Positions 25,580 through 39,600 of a stretch of DNA of 64,000 nt are shown piece by piece. Below the pieces are notes generated by a model. That model was not told the DNA's origin. It made no database searches and saw only the letters and a program-made list of their open reading frames with translations. The position numbers and the translations under genes are program-made. The stretch spans positions 55,676,001-55,740,000 of the forward strand of contig NC_043008.1 in NCBI RefSeq assembly GCF_006345805.1. The letters are read 5' to 3'. Source of the DNA: Octopus sinensis (taxonomy: Eukaryota). How positions within the stretch are numbered: position 1 is the first letter of the stretch; each line of letters opens with the position of its first letter.

Positions 25580-25890
25580 ATAATTAAATGGCACGTAAAA
25601 AGCACCATCCGAACGTGGCCAATGCCAGTGCCGCCTCGACTCGCTTCTGTGCTGGTGACACGTAAAAAGCACCAACCGATCGTGGATGCTGCCAGCCTCC
25701 TCTGGCACCTGTGCCGGTGGCATGTAAAAAGCACCCACTACACTCACTGAGTGGTAGGTGTTAGGAAAGGGCATCCAGCTGTAGAAACACTGCCAGATCT
25801 GACTGGAGCCTGGCACAGCCTCCTGGCTTCCCAAACCCTGGTCGAACCATCCAACCCATACTAGCATGGAAAGCAGACATTAAACAATGA
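25580..25890 (+). mobile_element. Family B SINE-like retroposon with (GAT)n tail and three internal repeat units
   Basis: Core gttaggaa(a)gggcatccagctgtagaaac and tail ...catggaaagcagacattaaacaatgatgatg. Confidence 0.8.
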
Positions 25891-27517
25891 TGATGATGAT
25901 GATATTGAATAGTGTAGCTCTAAATACCATCTCCTTTCATTTTTTCTTTTTTTAAGAGTCACTTGTGAATTAGAGAGATTTAGCTTCTATTTCTAGCAAA
26001 CTGAGAAAAACTACATAGAGACTCCAATACAGGATGGCATAGGCCATTGTTTTAAGTAGTGGTTGCACTAGAAAATGGACACCCCTTGCAATGTTAAGTT
26101 CAATTCCTGCCAGAGAGAAAGTTACCAACAGCAGATGAGAGTCCTAATGAAGGGAATATTTATCTGTCACCACTGGAGATAAGCACAGGGACCAGTTGAC
26201 TCAAGAAATCCATAATGGAAATTAAATATTCTGGACCAAGACCAATCAATTATATTTCCTTGTCCTAAAATAAAAAAAAAAAACCAAGACCTCCCATTGT
26301 GTTGCCTAGTCAATTAGCGTTATCAAATATAGAAACAGAGAAACTAATTTCTGATTTAAAAAAAAAAATACAATTTAACAAACTATAATAGCAAAGAATA
26401 ATAATAATAATAAGAAGAAGAAAAAATAAATAAATAAAAAGTAGAAAACTAATGTAAAATGCAAAGAAGAAAGAAAATAAACAATCCAATGTCTTTCAAT
26501 TAGATAAATAAGAATAGTTATATAAATAAGTGTGATTTGATTATTTATAAAACTGCAGACAGTAAACATTGGTATTTGGTGAAGAAATCAATAGATAAAT
26601 AACCGTCAGAGTAACATCAAACAGAAGACAGAATTTTTTGAAGAGAGAGAGAGAGAGGAAGAAAGAGAGGGGAGAGGAAGGAGAGAGAGAGAGTCAAGTA
26701 CTAAGAACAGAGCTATGAGTATGGGATCATTGAAACCAAAATAAAACAGGTCAAACAATTAAAAAAAAAAAAATGGTTAAATTTAGTTCTAAAATATACT
26801 AAATTTGTTCTCACATTCACATATGTACACCCACGTAAATTATCTCGTTTCGGTCATTGGACTGTGGCCATACTGGAGCACCACCTCAAAACACATCTCA
26901 TCTTTATCTTGTTTCAGTCATTGGACTGTGGCCATACTGGAGCACCACCTCGAATACATTTAGTGTAACAAATCAATTCCAGTTTTTATTTTTAAGTATG
27001 GTACTTATTCTATCAGTCGCTCTTGCAGAACAGCTAAGCCATGGGGACATAAACAAACTAACACCAGTTGTCAAGAAATAGGAGGGACAAATAGAGAAAC
27101 ACAAAAAGTGTTTGAAAGCACTGGATCCCACAGCAGTCTCTTCTACTTTGCCCTAACTTTTACGACCCTCCTAACTCAGCTCCCTTGCTCTCATTTCCTC
27201 CTTCATCACCTTTAGCTGTCTTTCTCAGTCTTTCCTTTTCCTTTACTTCCTTCCTTAGTCACTTCCATCACTCTTTCCACTAAGTCACTTTCCTCCTGCC
27301 TCAGCACATGACTTAGCCATCTCATCCCATTTCTCTTCATAATACTCTTCACTGGTTCTGTTTTCATCATGCTCTTCATAAAATGCAATCAAATAGAAGT
27401 AGCAGCAGAAATGGTACAACTAATTGCTTTTGGAATATTTATTTTCATTCCTCTATGTTCTGCATTCAAATTCTACCAAAACTGACTTTACCATTTATCA
27501 ATATTATAAGCATTATA

Positions 27518-27938
27518 GGCGCAGAAGTGGCTGTGTGGTAAGTAGCTTGTTTACCAACCACATGGTTCCGGGTTCAGTCCCACTGCGTGGCACCTTGGGC
27601 AAGTGTCTTCTACTATAGCCTCGGGCCGACCAAAGCCTTGTGAGTGGATTTGGTAGATGGAAACTGAAAGAAGCCCGTCGTATACACGTATATATATATA
27701 TATATATATGTGTGTGTGCATGTATGTATGTGTGTCTGTGTTTGTCCCCCTAGCATTGCTTGACAATTGATGCTGGTGTGTTTATGTCCTCGTCACTTAG
27801 CGGTTCGGCAAAAGGGACCGATAGAATAAGTACTAGGCTTACAAAGAATAAGTCCCGGGGTTGAGTTGCTCGATTAAAGGCGGTGCTCCAGCATGGCCGC
27901 AGTCAAATGACTGAACCAAGTAAAAAGAGAAAAAGAGT
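27518..27938 (+). mobile_element. Full-length family A SINE (tRNA-like head, internal TA/TG microsatellite)
   Basis: Head ggcgcagaagtggctgtgtggtaag...gggttcagtccc and tail cagtcaaatgactgaa. Confidence 0.9.
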
Positions 27939-27943
27939 ATCTG

Positions 27944-28520
27944 TGAAGGCGCATGGTCTGGTGGTTAGGCCGTTGCACTCATGATCACTAGAGAGTAGGT
28001 TCGATTCCCTGACTGGGCAGTGCTTTGTGTTCTTGAGCAAAACACTTTGCTTCACGTTGCTCTAGTCCCCCTTCTATCAGGGATGACTGTTGGCCTGCTC
28101 ACCTAGCCAGTGGGGTGGCATCATTTGAAGGCTAAAACAATGCAAAAAGCACAGTGACCAGCGATGTGTAACAACATCTGATAGCCTGGTCGGTCATGTG
28201 GATAAGCATCTAAATATAATATCAATGTATCCCTGTATGGACTAGACTATTGTATGTTGTTATACATCGCTGGTCACAATGTGCTTCCTCACACTGTCGT
28301 AGCTTTCGAATAACGCCACCTCACTGGCTTGGTGGGCAGGTGAACATTACCCCTGAATGGAATGCCAGTGTCTGTTGCAGGGTTACGCATTTACAGTTGA
28401 GTGAACTGGAGCAATGTGAAATGAAATGTTTTGCACAAGGGCACACTGCCAGTTTAGGAATCAAAACCACAATCTTGTGATCATGAGTACAATACCTAAC
28501 CACCAGGCCAAATACTTTCA
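27944..28520. mobile_element. Tail-to-tail inverted pair of diverged tRNA-headed SINEs
   Basis: Plus copy 27944-28200 and minus copy 28252-28520 share gtgaccagcgatgt(g/a)taacaaca and the head and core. Confidence 0.75.
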
Positions 28521-28620
28521 CATATGTGTAATATAAATGTCAGTAATGTATTTAGGGGTAGACTTCCACAAGAAGTTCCGTTGTGTCTCAGATGGACTGA
28601 TTATATAATATATAAGCAAG

Positions 28621-28850
28621 GTGGCGAACTGGCAGAAACATTAGCATGCCGGGTGAAATGCTTAGCATTATTTCGTCTGTCGCTACGTTCTGAGTTCAAA
28701 TTCCGCCGAGGTCGACTTTGCTTTTCATCCTTTCGGGGTCGATAAATTAAGTACCAGTTACACACTGGGGGTCAATGTAATCGACTTAATTTGTTTGTCT
28801 GTCCTTGTTTGTCCCCTCTGTGTGTAGCCCTTGTGGGTAGTAAAGAAATA
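28621..28850 (+). mobile_element. Full-length family D SINE with 11-bp target-site duplication
   Basis: atataagcaag at 28610-28620 and 28851-28861. Confidence 0.9.
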
Positions 28851-29479
28851 ATATAAGCAAGTGTATTAAGGTGTTGATTTGCATAAATTATTTGTTTCAG
28901 TTGAAGTCTAGCACTAATCAATTTTTGTCTTTCATTCCACAGAAACTATTGGTTTAAACACCAGTAATATATCAGGATCAATATTGTTAACAAAACAAAT
29001 TGGCCTTGTGCTTTGGCAAAAGTAATCAATAAATTTATGAATAGCGTATTATTGATATATGATATGGCACTTTGTATTGAAAAGTTTGCTTTGTAACCAT
29101 GCAACTCTGGCGTTGATTCCTCTGCATGACATCTTCGGCAAGTCTCAGCTTTTATAACCCTTGGGTTGACCAATATTTTCTGAGAGGAATTAGGGAGATA
29201 AAAACTGTGCAGAAACCATCTTATACATACATACATACATACATATAAGGGTAGAAAATTTAGAAAAATTTTCATACCAGTGATACAGAAACTCAAGTCT
29301 GAGAGTAACTGCAGAAATATTTTTATTCTCATTTGCCTTTGAATTTGATCTTATTTGTGGTTTGGGCTTCAACTGCCCTTTCAAGCATGTATGGTGTCCT
29401 ATCAAAGGTCACCTCTTTCATGTATAAATACATAAATTGTTTATACACTATTATACATATATAAAGATTTTAAAAAAAT

Positions 29480-29700
29480 ATGTGTGTGTGTGTGTGTATA
29501 GATTGGTAGCCACTACACATATTTTTCTCTCTCCTTGTTTTTTTCTGTGTCCCTTTCTGTAGAAGAGCATAGGCTCGAAACGTTAAAGACTTTTTCAATT
29601 CCTGAGCATTATATAAATACATCTGTTTGTTTTGTACACCACACTTGTCTTCGTCTTTTGTTTTTTTCGTGAACTCTCCCTCTATATACAAACACACACA
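29480..29700 (+). mobile_element. Penelope-like terminal remnant with hammerhead-like core (29553-29588)
   Basis: cttt-CTGTAGAA-GAGCatagGCTC-GAAACGTT-aaag. Confidence 0.55.
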
Positions 29701-31486
29701 AAATTCTTTTATCTTTTACTTACCATGTGGTGGCTAAGCAAGCTTCTTAAGAACACACACATACATATATTTCATGCTCTCTACTTATATCCCTCCTACT
29801 GGCCATTTGGTATTGAAATCTTTCATTCACTCTCACCCTTTATCTACTCTCGGCTACCTTTCTTAACCCATCCTCTCGATTAGTGGTGTCAATAAAATAC
29901 TCTCAATCTACTCTGTAAAGTAAATGATGTTAGGAAGGGCATCCATCTGTAGAAACCTAGCCAAAACGAAACATACGAATGAGACATGGTCCCCCAACCT
30001 GAACAATGAAGGAGAGCAGAAATGACCAGTCCAAAACATGCCAACATGGAAAGTGAATGCAAAATGATGACCACTGATAGATGTATGCATATATGTTTGT
30101 ATCTTTCACCAAACTATAACAACAAAAAATAAAAACAACAACGAAAAACTTTAGATCTTCAAATAGGGTCCATCACCATTAGAATTACAATAAGTATTTG
30201 GCTTGTTAAAAAACCTCTAATTAACGATGCTATCTATATTATTTATAAAGTAGGATGTAAAATTAATAATTTCACAGCTCAGTTTCATTTCGCAATTGTG
30301 GCTGTTTCACGTCATCTATGTTAATATTAATAACATCACTGAGAAAGGCATGAATATCACAAAATTACATTTCTGCTATAATTATAATACTGTGTAATCT
30401 CAGTAAGAAATCAATACATATGCTGCTAATTAACTCAAGCTAACAACTGTCTTGTTTTATTTATTTATTTCCTTAATTTGTAGGCTTAGTTTATTTCTCT
30501 TCGTTTATAATGATTTTAAAATTAAATGAAATTTATAAAAAAAAACACCCTCCGACGTTTTGACAGTTGGTTTCTTTAATGCTGTTGATGCAGAAAACAG
30601 AGTCAACCACAACTAAAAGAATAACATCATCAAATTCAATGATGATGGTGTAGGCAGTGACAATGGTAATGATGATGATGATGCCACGAACAATAGGCCT
30701 GATGATGATAATGATGGTGTTGATGACAATAATAATAATAAAAGTAGAGGAGGATTGTGATGATGATGATTGTGGTGTTAGTAATGATGATGATGATGAT
30801 GGGTGGTGATGGTGATGACGACAACTAATGATAATAGAGACCATGATGATCGTGGTGATGATGATACCACTAACAATAGGCTTGATGATGGTGATGATGA
30901 CAATGGAGATGAGAATGATGATGGTGTTGAGGACAACATCATCATCATCAATAATGATAACAGTAGTGGAAGACTGTGACAATGATGATGATGATTGTGG
31001 TGTTAGTAGTGATGATGATATGATGATGATGATTATAGGTGATAATGATGTGTGGTGATGGTGATGATGCCACTAATAATAGGTCTAGTAATGACAATGG
31101 TGATGGTGATGATAGTGATGATGAAACAACAAGCAACGAAGTTATGTGAAAGACATTAAGCCCAAACAGAAGTTCAGGAATTCACAACAACAACAACAAC
31201 AACAACAACAAAAGTGCTTGATAATAAAGCAGCAACATTCAATGACAAAACACTTCCGTTTCAAGAAACGATGGAGGAAGTGAACGTAGCAATAATGCAG
31301 GGGTGGGGCAGAGGGAAGCAATATCAATCACTTGCTCAGCAATAAACTAAATGAAGGGTCACAAAAAAGAAACATAGCTTTTTAGCTAGATAGCTGACAT
31401 TAAGCAAGGAACATTCAACTATGTGTTTTGGAAGGATCAGTTTGCCAATAAATACACAAACACTGGTTATATTTCACTTCTTTTTA

Positions 31487-31752
31487 TCACTATTGTTATC
31501 AGTTAACCAATTAACTAATCAATTGCTTGGTCAGTAAATCAGTTTATTTGGGTCCTTTTATTGCAGTCTATGATCTTATTAACGATGCGCTGTCATCAGC
31601 TCTTTTCCTATGATGAAGAACTGATGAAGGTGTGTCATCAATAAGGTTGCTCACTGCAATGAAATGAACTCTAATTAACCAATTGATTAATTGATTGACC
31701 AAACAAGTGATAAAACAAGCGATTCATTAATTGGTTAACAGTTTAACAGTGA
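31487..31752. repeat. Old degenerate palindrome (MITE-like)
   Basis: gttaaccaattaa...tcatcagctctt pairs imperfectly with aagaactgatga...ttaattggttaac. Confidence 0.6.
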
Positions 31753-32419
31753 TTTTTTTGTTTCATTAGTAAAATGACCTTCCCAAGGTACAAACAACAT
31801 TTGTTTCAACATAAGATTTTTACAAATCAAAAACAAAACACTCAATCAGGAAAACAGAATTGATATAATGAAGACAATAAAGAACAAAAATAATAATTCT
31901 GTGTGTGTGTGTGTGTATGCGTGTGCACGCGAGCATGTGTTTATATACATATGAATGTATGTGTGTATTTAAAACACACACACAATGTTTTGTGCCTTGC
32001 AACAGAAAATGGTTTGATCAGCCTGCTTCACACAAATCATCTAGAAGAATGCATGAATTATTTATTCAATTTAGTTGTGGCAAAGATTCTATATAAGGGA
32101 ATATGAGGAGCTTGGGGGTAATTTCTTGTTTTTTCCAAAATTTTTGTTTTTGTTTTGATGCATAAATTTATAAATCTTCTTGTTTCATAATATTCAAGAT
32201 TTCAGCTGCATCTTCAATTCTGCTCCGCAATTTTAAGTCTGTTGAGAGCCTAACACTCAAAATTGTTTCAGTGTGTTTAAAAGATTTCAATCAGCGCTTT
32301 GAAAATTTTGTTCCAGAGTTAAGCTTGTTAAAAACATAACACCTGAACACATGTCTTGACAGGTAGGATATTATTACAAATAATTATTAAAAATAAACCA
32401 TCACTGTTCTATTCAAAGA

Positions 32420-32454
<35 letters not shown>

Positions 32455-32459
32455 ATATA

Positions 32460-32835
32460 TACTAGCAGTATCGCCTGGCGTTGCTCGGGTTTGTTTTGAC
32501 CCTTTAGAATTGGAATTTTTTAGAAGTAAACATTTTGCATTATGTAGCTTGTTATTCTCTTTAAGTGAACATTTTTCTGGTTGAAATACACCAAATAATG
32601 GTGACACAGCAGTCAAAAATTCGTAAAAAATAGTGATTTTCATATTGATGTAAATAATTTTTCGGTGTTAACATGGTCCGATTTGAATTTTTTCTTCTAC
32701 AGAAGGAAGAGCAAGCCTTCTTCTATCATAGTCTCAATTTTGGTCAACTTGAGCCGCAGGTTCTCGGAGGAGATAGTGTTAGTTGAAGGCTACCAAACCT
32801 GCCATACACAGACAACTTTCGCTTTATATATATAT
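32460..32835 (+). mobile_element. Non-autonomous Helitron/Helentron-like element
   Basis: Starts (T)ACTAGCAGTATCGCCTGGCGTTGCTCGGG, a subterminal palindrome typical of HINE/DINE-type elements, and ends ...ctttatatatat in a TA tract. Confidence 0.6.
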
Positions 32836-33055
32836 ATATATACAAAACACAGAAAAATAAATGAAAATTATGAGTCACATCTAACCAAGGAAGTTATTTG
32901 AGTGCTGATCCATTGGTTAAAAGCTTCTCCTCTGTCTTGAGGTCTTTACTGAGTAACCCCAATAAAAACAACTTCCATTGGCTCAATTCATGTAGATGTA
33001 TGTAGGTAATACAGGGAACTGCAATTCCCTTGTGTAAGCACTGAAGGATTAAATA

Positions 33056-33280
33056 TTAACTCTGTAGCATTGAGATTATTCTATCAAATATAACACTTAT
33101 TTATTTCTATTGTTTTGAATTAATCCTGCATTATCTTGTAGCCTTGAGATTTTGATAATAAGACTATATTTTTTTAGACTAACATTGTAATGTAGGTGTG
33201 AGAGGCTGGATCAAGCCAGTTTGAACATAAAACAGAATATTTTGGGCCAGGTGTGGCTGGTTTAAATGCTAAAAGGTTAA
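33056..33280. mobile_element. piggyBac-like MITE (TTAA-flanked); further copies at 36602-36829 and 62320-62460 (partial, inverted)
   Basis: Ends ttaac(t/c)(c/t)t..agcatt ... aatgcta(a)(a/t)(a/g)ggttaa, with shared internal sequence among the three copies. Confidence 0.65.
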
Positions 33281-34741
33281 ATATCATGAATATTTCTTTA
33301 GTTTGAAACGCTAGGCTCAAATACGTTGTAGTCTGTTGGAGAAGAGGTGAATAGTTTAATTATCCAAGACATACCAAAAACAGTGCCACACTGATTCCTC
33401 TTTGAGGCAAAATATTAATTAATTGATTAGTTATAATCGTGATCAAAACAACACAGTTTTAGTTATAAAAACAAGAAGTAACATAACTATTTCAAGGGTC
33501 ATACAAAACAACAAAACCTGCTGAGTAATTTTGTTAGACTTTAATTTCCTGTTGATCTTTTCAAGGAACAACAACAACAACATATGTTAATTTGGTGTCA
33601 AATAATGTTACATAAATTGTATTTTTTTTTTTTAGAAAATATTCAAAACTTGCAAAACAAATTTTTTTCAGATATAAACAGAAATATAGAAATATGAATG
33701 GTTTGACAAAATCTGAAATTTTAAAACTGAACTTTAAAAAGAAAAGAAAAAAATAGATTGCCAATAAATAAAGAGTAAAATATGTAGGTCTCTCATATCT
33801 ACCTCGTTTATTTATTTATCATTAAGAATTGGGTAGAATGAAATAGTGTTTTTTTTTTCTTATATCATATATATATATTTACTTAAACAGTGCAGTGAAG
33901 ACACTCCAAGACAATATAAAGAGAAAAAGAAAATGGAATGAAGCCACAACTGTACCAATTAAACAATAATGGAAAACAGATTTCAAACAACCAATTAGTA
34001 AGAGACAGACTTATACCAAGAGAATCATTGAAGAAGTGTAGCATCAAAGTGTAGTAGATATAGACAGGTGTAAAGATAGTGTATAGGAGACAGATTTGTA
34101 CCAAGGTAGTACAGTGGAGAGAGCCCTGAATCAACAAGGTGTAGCTGAGATATATTGTACAAGAAGACCCTGTACCTGAACCTCCACAATAATGAAGTAA
34201 TGATGTGTACACAGGTGTAAGTATCGCCTGTGAGAGTAGACAAACCAACATAATGCAGATCTGTACCAACATTGGATACACTGAACAGCTTATTTATCTA
34301 GGGATGTGTCTGTCTGGAGGAGGAGAGAAAAACTAAAGGGGAAGATGCTATCCAAGATGATGGATGAGAGCTACATTTGGAAACCAAGAGGAGACAGAAG
34401 TGATACCAGCAATTAGCAAAAGAGTGAACATGTGTGTGTGTGTATGTGTGTGAACATGTATTTTCTTCCCTTCCTTGGGTCCTCAACTCCTGGTAGCATA
34501 GTAGGGGCACTGCTGTGACATACAGTACTTTGGCCACTTCCAAAACTTAGCAGAGCCTGTCTTGTTCCACAACATCAGCATCATTATCATCAAGAGGAGC
34601 AACTGACAGCAGTGGTGGGCCATAGCAGGATTTGAACACTGAACAGAGAGAGCTGGAAGGAATACTGCTAGGCAATCTATCCAACATACTAATGAGACAG
34701 TCACCTTGTATTTGTGTATACTTGTGTGTGTATGTGTAGAG

Positions 34742-35070
34742 GGTAGCATGGCTCAGTGGTTAGAGCATAGGGCTCACAATCATGAGGTAGTGAGTTCAAT
34801 TCCCAGACCAGGTTGTGTGTTGTGTTTTTAAGCAAGACACTTTATTTCATGTTGCTCCAGTTCACTCAGCTGTAGAAATGAGTGGTACCAAGCTGTATCT
34901 GTCCCTTTGCCTTTCCCTTGGATAACACCAGTGGTGTGGAGAAGGGAAGCTGGTATGCATGGGTGACTGCTGGTCTTCCACAAACAACCTTGCCTGGATT
35001 CATGCCTCAGAGGGGAACTTTCTAGGTACAATCCGATGGTCATTCAAGACTGAAGGGGGTCTTTACCCCT
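34742..35070 (+). mobile_element. Family C SINE
   Basis: Aligns with 40694-41030. Confidence 0.85.
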
Positions 35071-35612
35071 GTGTGCACGTGCATGTGGAGGAACCCATAA
35101 TCCACTGGTTCATTAGGTACCTCACTCAAAACATCAGCATCATAAAGTGTTTTTAGAGTGCATGTCTGTTTGACACAAAAAAAACATCCCTGTCCAAGCT
35201 ACAGAATGAGATGAACTCAGCACTGCTGCTGCTTACATTGATGTGGTGATTTAAACTTGTAGTGTCCATTTGTAGCTATGTGGACTGGTCCATCTGAGAG
35301 TCAGGTATTTTGGCTATATCAATATCACAGGAACCATTGGCAGCAAATAGTCGCCAATATCTCAAGCAGTTATTAGCCTTGCTTCTTACCAACTTGGACG
35401 ACCATCTCTCACTTCTCCCATCTTCTCTCATTTTCTCTCTCTGAAGTGTGTGACTTTAACGATGATTTGGGAGTACAACAGAGTAAGAAGAGTATGCAAA
35501 ATGTATAACAGAGTTTACTTATTCCTTCATCCAGGCTTCACATTGCTGCTCCTCAGAGTTCCCAGTGAATTAATTAATTAATTTATTTAGGTGTGCATGT
35601 ATATTTGTGTGT

Positions 35613-35862
35613 ATTTATGTCTCAGGCATGTGGAAGAGAGTGTAATTCGGCAGGAGGACTTAAGCGACATGCAAAGGTACATGAAGCCCAGTTACAACTA
35701 CAGCCGGCTATTACCAATAAAGGTTTTAGTTGCCAATTTTGTACAAGACATTGTAGATCTTTAGCTGGGCTAAAAAGGTCACATTCGATCACAGCACCAT
35801 TAACAGTTAAGCTTCGTGCAATGGCCATACTCGGTAACGAGGGGGCAGCCATCATGTATGTA
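35613..35862 (+). mobile_element. 3' end of an RTE-clade LINE with two C2H2-like zinc fingers
   Basis: ACGRECNSAGGLKRHAKVH...CQFCTRHCRSLAGLKRSH, followed by a MAILGNEGAAI-type terminus typical of RTE ORF ends. Confidence 0.7.
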
Positions 35863-38058
35863 AATACACACATTACTGTGTGCATCCAGCTTCCATGATA
35901 CACACATTGATAAACTGCATCTCTGATTGCTTTAGTAAATACGTAAAAAGGGATGGTTGCAGGCAGAGAACCCAGCTGTGAAACACAATCCTGGGTAGCT
36001 TGGACATGTAGCTTTCAACAGTAATGAAGATATATAGATGTGTAAGTGTATGTTCTTGAGTATGCATGTGTGGGTGTACAACTCAGTAAAGATAGAGCTA
36101 CGAAACATCAACTAATGAAATGAGTAATGTGTGTGTGTGTATGTATGTATTTGCACATGATGTTAGCAACAAGGTGACTGTAGAAGCATAATTCACACAC
36201 TTAGCAACAGAGCAGAGAAGTGGAGTTCCATCTATATTTTTATCTATAACCAGAGCAAGCAACACAGTAGACATATATACGAGATATTGATTCAAAACAC
36301 ACAAGTATATACTAATGATTAATTTAAATAGCAAACACAAAGGGAACAGAAAAAACTTCACCAGTCAAATACGTACAAAACTTGATCAACAAAAATATTT
36401 GTAACACATGAAATGCTGCATCTTTCAAAGCCTTATCAGAGACTTAAACAAAAATTTAGAAACAGAAGAATGTAAGGCAACACAAACAGCAGAAGACATG
36501 GGTCTTATTGTAATTATTGTTCGCAAAGAGCAAATGTTTTAATGAGGACTAAAGCTATTATTCCTAGCAGATCAAGCTAACTCATAGAGGATTCTTTGTT
36601 GATAACCTTTTAGCATTCATATTATTCTATCAAAAGTAATACTTATTTATTCCCATTGTTTTGAAGTAATCATGCATTATCTTGTAGCTGTGACATTTTG
36701 ATGAGGTAACTGTTAATTTTTAGAATGACATTGTAGGGTTAGTGTGAGAGGCCTGATCTGGCCAGTTTGAACATAAAACAGGTAGAATATTTTGGCTGGA
36801 TACGGCCAGTTTAAATGCTAATGGGTTAACTGGCATTCCCAATTCAGGCTGCTGTTGAACAGAATTAACTTTGTAGGGAACAAGACAGTTGGGCATGGCT
36901 CTCTGGACACTGACAATTTGGCATGGCTGACTGGACAGTTAATCCATTTTGGTGACACTACTTTATGATTTCAAACAATATTATAATATTCTTCCATACT
37001 CTAACACTTAGCAAAGTCCAAAACCACATCAAGGTTGTGATGATAAAATTTTAGGATTGTAAAATTTCCTCTGGCACCCTAGCCATACACTTGTTCCATT
37101 CATAGTAGATCATCTAGATCATCACCCAAAAAACTACACATTAAACACTATTCAAGTTCTTTTTGCATTGCCATTTTAGATGCTGAGTTCATGTGGAGGT
37201 CAATTTTAACTTTCATCCTTCTGGGTTTGATGATACAAGTAGCACTCAAATATTGTTGGTTGATTTAATCAACTTCAACCACCTTTTCTATAAATTTTAT
37301 AAAGGGTACACATTATGTGCTACCCAACTCTAATCCTGAACAGAAAAGAAAACAAAAACAAAAAACAATCTGAGCTTATCTCAGCTTGCCAGCATAAGCC
37401 AAAGTTTTTGCTGCTTAACTTCAAGGTAGAATCATCTTCCGATGTTTGATGACAAAGAATATCAACATCATCAACAACATGACCAACATTTTCTTTTTGA
37501 AGCATCATCTTCGAATGTTGAGCTTCATGGAGGCAATGATAAGTAACCGAGATCTTGATGATATGCTGAGACTGAGAAGACATGTCAAACAAAGTGAAAT
37601 CATAATAGTGACTATTGCCAGTGTCATGTAAATGGCACTCATGCCAGTGGCACATAAATAGCACACGTTATACTCTTGGAATGGTTGGCATTAGGAAGAG
37701 CGTCCAGCCAGAGAAACCATGCCAAATCAGACTGGAACCAGGTGCAGCTCTCCAGCTTACAAGTTCCAATCAAATCATCCAACTCATGCCAGCATGGAAA
37801 GCGAACGTTAAATGATGATGATGATGATCGTAAATACTGTTTTATTATTTTAGATGTCTTGATAAGTGTGAATAACGAGGAAATACTACTGCTTACCCAA
37901 GAGCCTTTAGTATTGCGATAGCTAAAACATGAAACACAATATACTTCTAGGATTATATTTAGGAACTGTTTTGGAGATTCAACAAATGGCATGCAATTGT
38001 AATGGAACACACAACACACTCTCAGCTGAAGCCGCATCACATGCAAGCTTATATATAC

Positions 38059-38142
<84 letters not shown>

Positions 38143-38383
38143 TATATATGATATATATATATATATAATATTAATATACAAGAGTAGGCAAAAGTAGAAA
38201 TACAGTTGCTTAATATCAATGGAATGTTCTTTACATTCTTATCCCAAAAAAGAAATAGAGAAACGAAGAGAACATTCTATTCATATTAAGCAACTGCCTA
38301 CCTACTTTTGCCCACCCCTATATATATCATATATATACATACATACATATATATATATACATAAATATATATATATAATATAT

Positions 38384-38419
<36 letters not shown>

Positions 38420-38581
38420 GTATTATAGATATATATATATATATATGTACATGGGTCGGATAGATAGAGGGGAAAGTAGTAATGGTAGTAAAACGATTGT
38501 TATTTAACCGTAGTAGCTGTTCACTGGTGTTGGTGAAGCATTTAACAGTAAGCAGTTGAATTATGTGCATTTGGGACTTAC

Positions 38582-38599
38582 ATGAAAAGTATGGAGCTC
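38582..38599 (-). CDS. Candidate 18-nt in-frame alternative microexon of DCTN3 (adds GAPYFS)
   Basis: gtttcttttatttactcatacag|GAGCTCCATACTTTTCAT|gtaagt in intron 4. Length is divisible by 3 and there is no stop in the phase-1 frame. No transcript evidence. Confidence 0.3.
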
Positions 38600-38829
38600 C
38601 TGTATGAGTAAATAAAAGAAACAAACATAAAATTCATGGATATTCAGTTGGGGGCATCCAACAAGTGAATCAAAAAAACCTTCCTTTATAAATGAACATT
38701 TTCTTCTTCATCAGCAACAAGAACAACATTAGCAGCAGCAACAATAACATCAAGAGTAATAACAAAATTGGCATGTTTCTTAAAATAACGTTGGACTGGA
38801 ACTAAAAAAAAAATTCCACAAAATGTATG

Positions 38830-38944
38830 AATGAATGAATGTAGGTATGCATGTGTATATGTGTTATACATACATACATACACATACTCACATATATATA
38901 TGTATATATATGTGTGTGTGTGTATATATATATGTGTGTATATG

Positions 38945-38976
<32 letters not shown>

Positions 38977-39040
38977 GTATATATAATATGTATATGTATA
39001 TATATATATATGTATATATATTATATATGTATATATATAT

Positions 39041-39090
<50 letters not shown>

Positions 39091-39185
39091 GTATATATAT
39101 TATATATATATGTATATATGTATGTATATATATATATGTATATATGTATATATATATAGTATATATATATATATGTATATATATA

Positions 39186-39246
<61 letters not shown>

Positions 39247-39407
39247 ATATATGTATATATATATTATATATATATATAATATATATATATATTATATGTA
39301 TGTATATTATATATATATATATATGTTGTATATATTATGATATATATATATATATGTATATATTATATATTATATATATATATATATATATATTATGTAT
39401 ATATATA

Positions 39408-39440
<33 letters not shown>

Positions 39441-39600
39441 GATGAGTGTATTTTACCTTGTAACAATTAACATATATGTGTCTGTGTGTGTATATATGTA
39501 TATATATATATGTATATATATATATATGTGTGTTGTATATATATGCGTATATATATATATATATGTGTGTGTGTGTATATATATATGCGTATATATATAT
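38830..39600. repeat. Very long degenerate (TA)n/(TG)n tract
   Basis: Direct reading. Confidence 0.95.

Noticed and set aside
37320-37664. 114-aa minus-strand ORF
   Set aside because: It starts in a family B SINE, matches no recognisable domain and has no usable donor.
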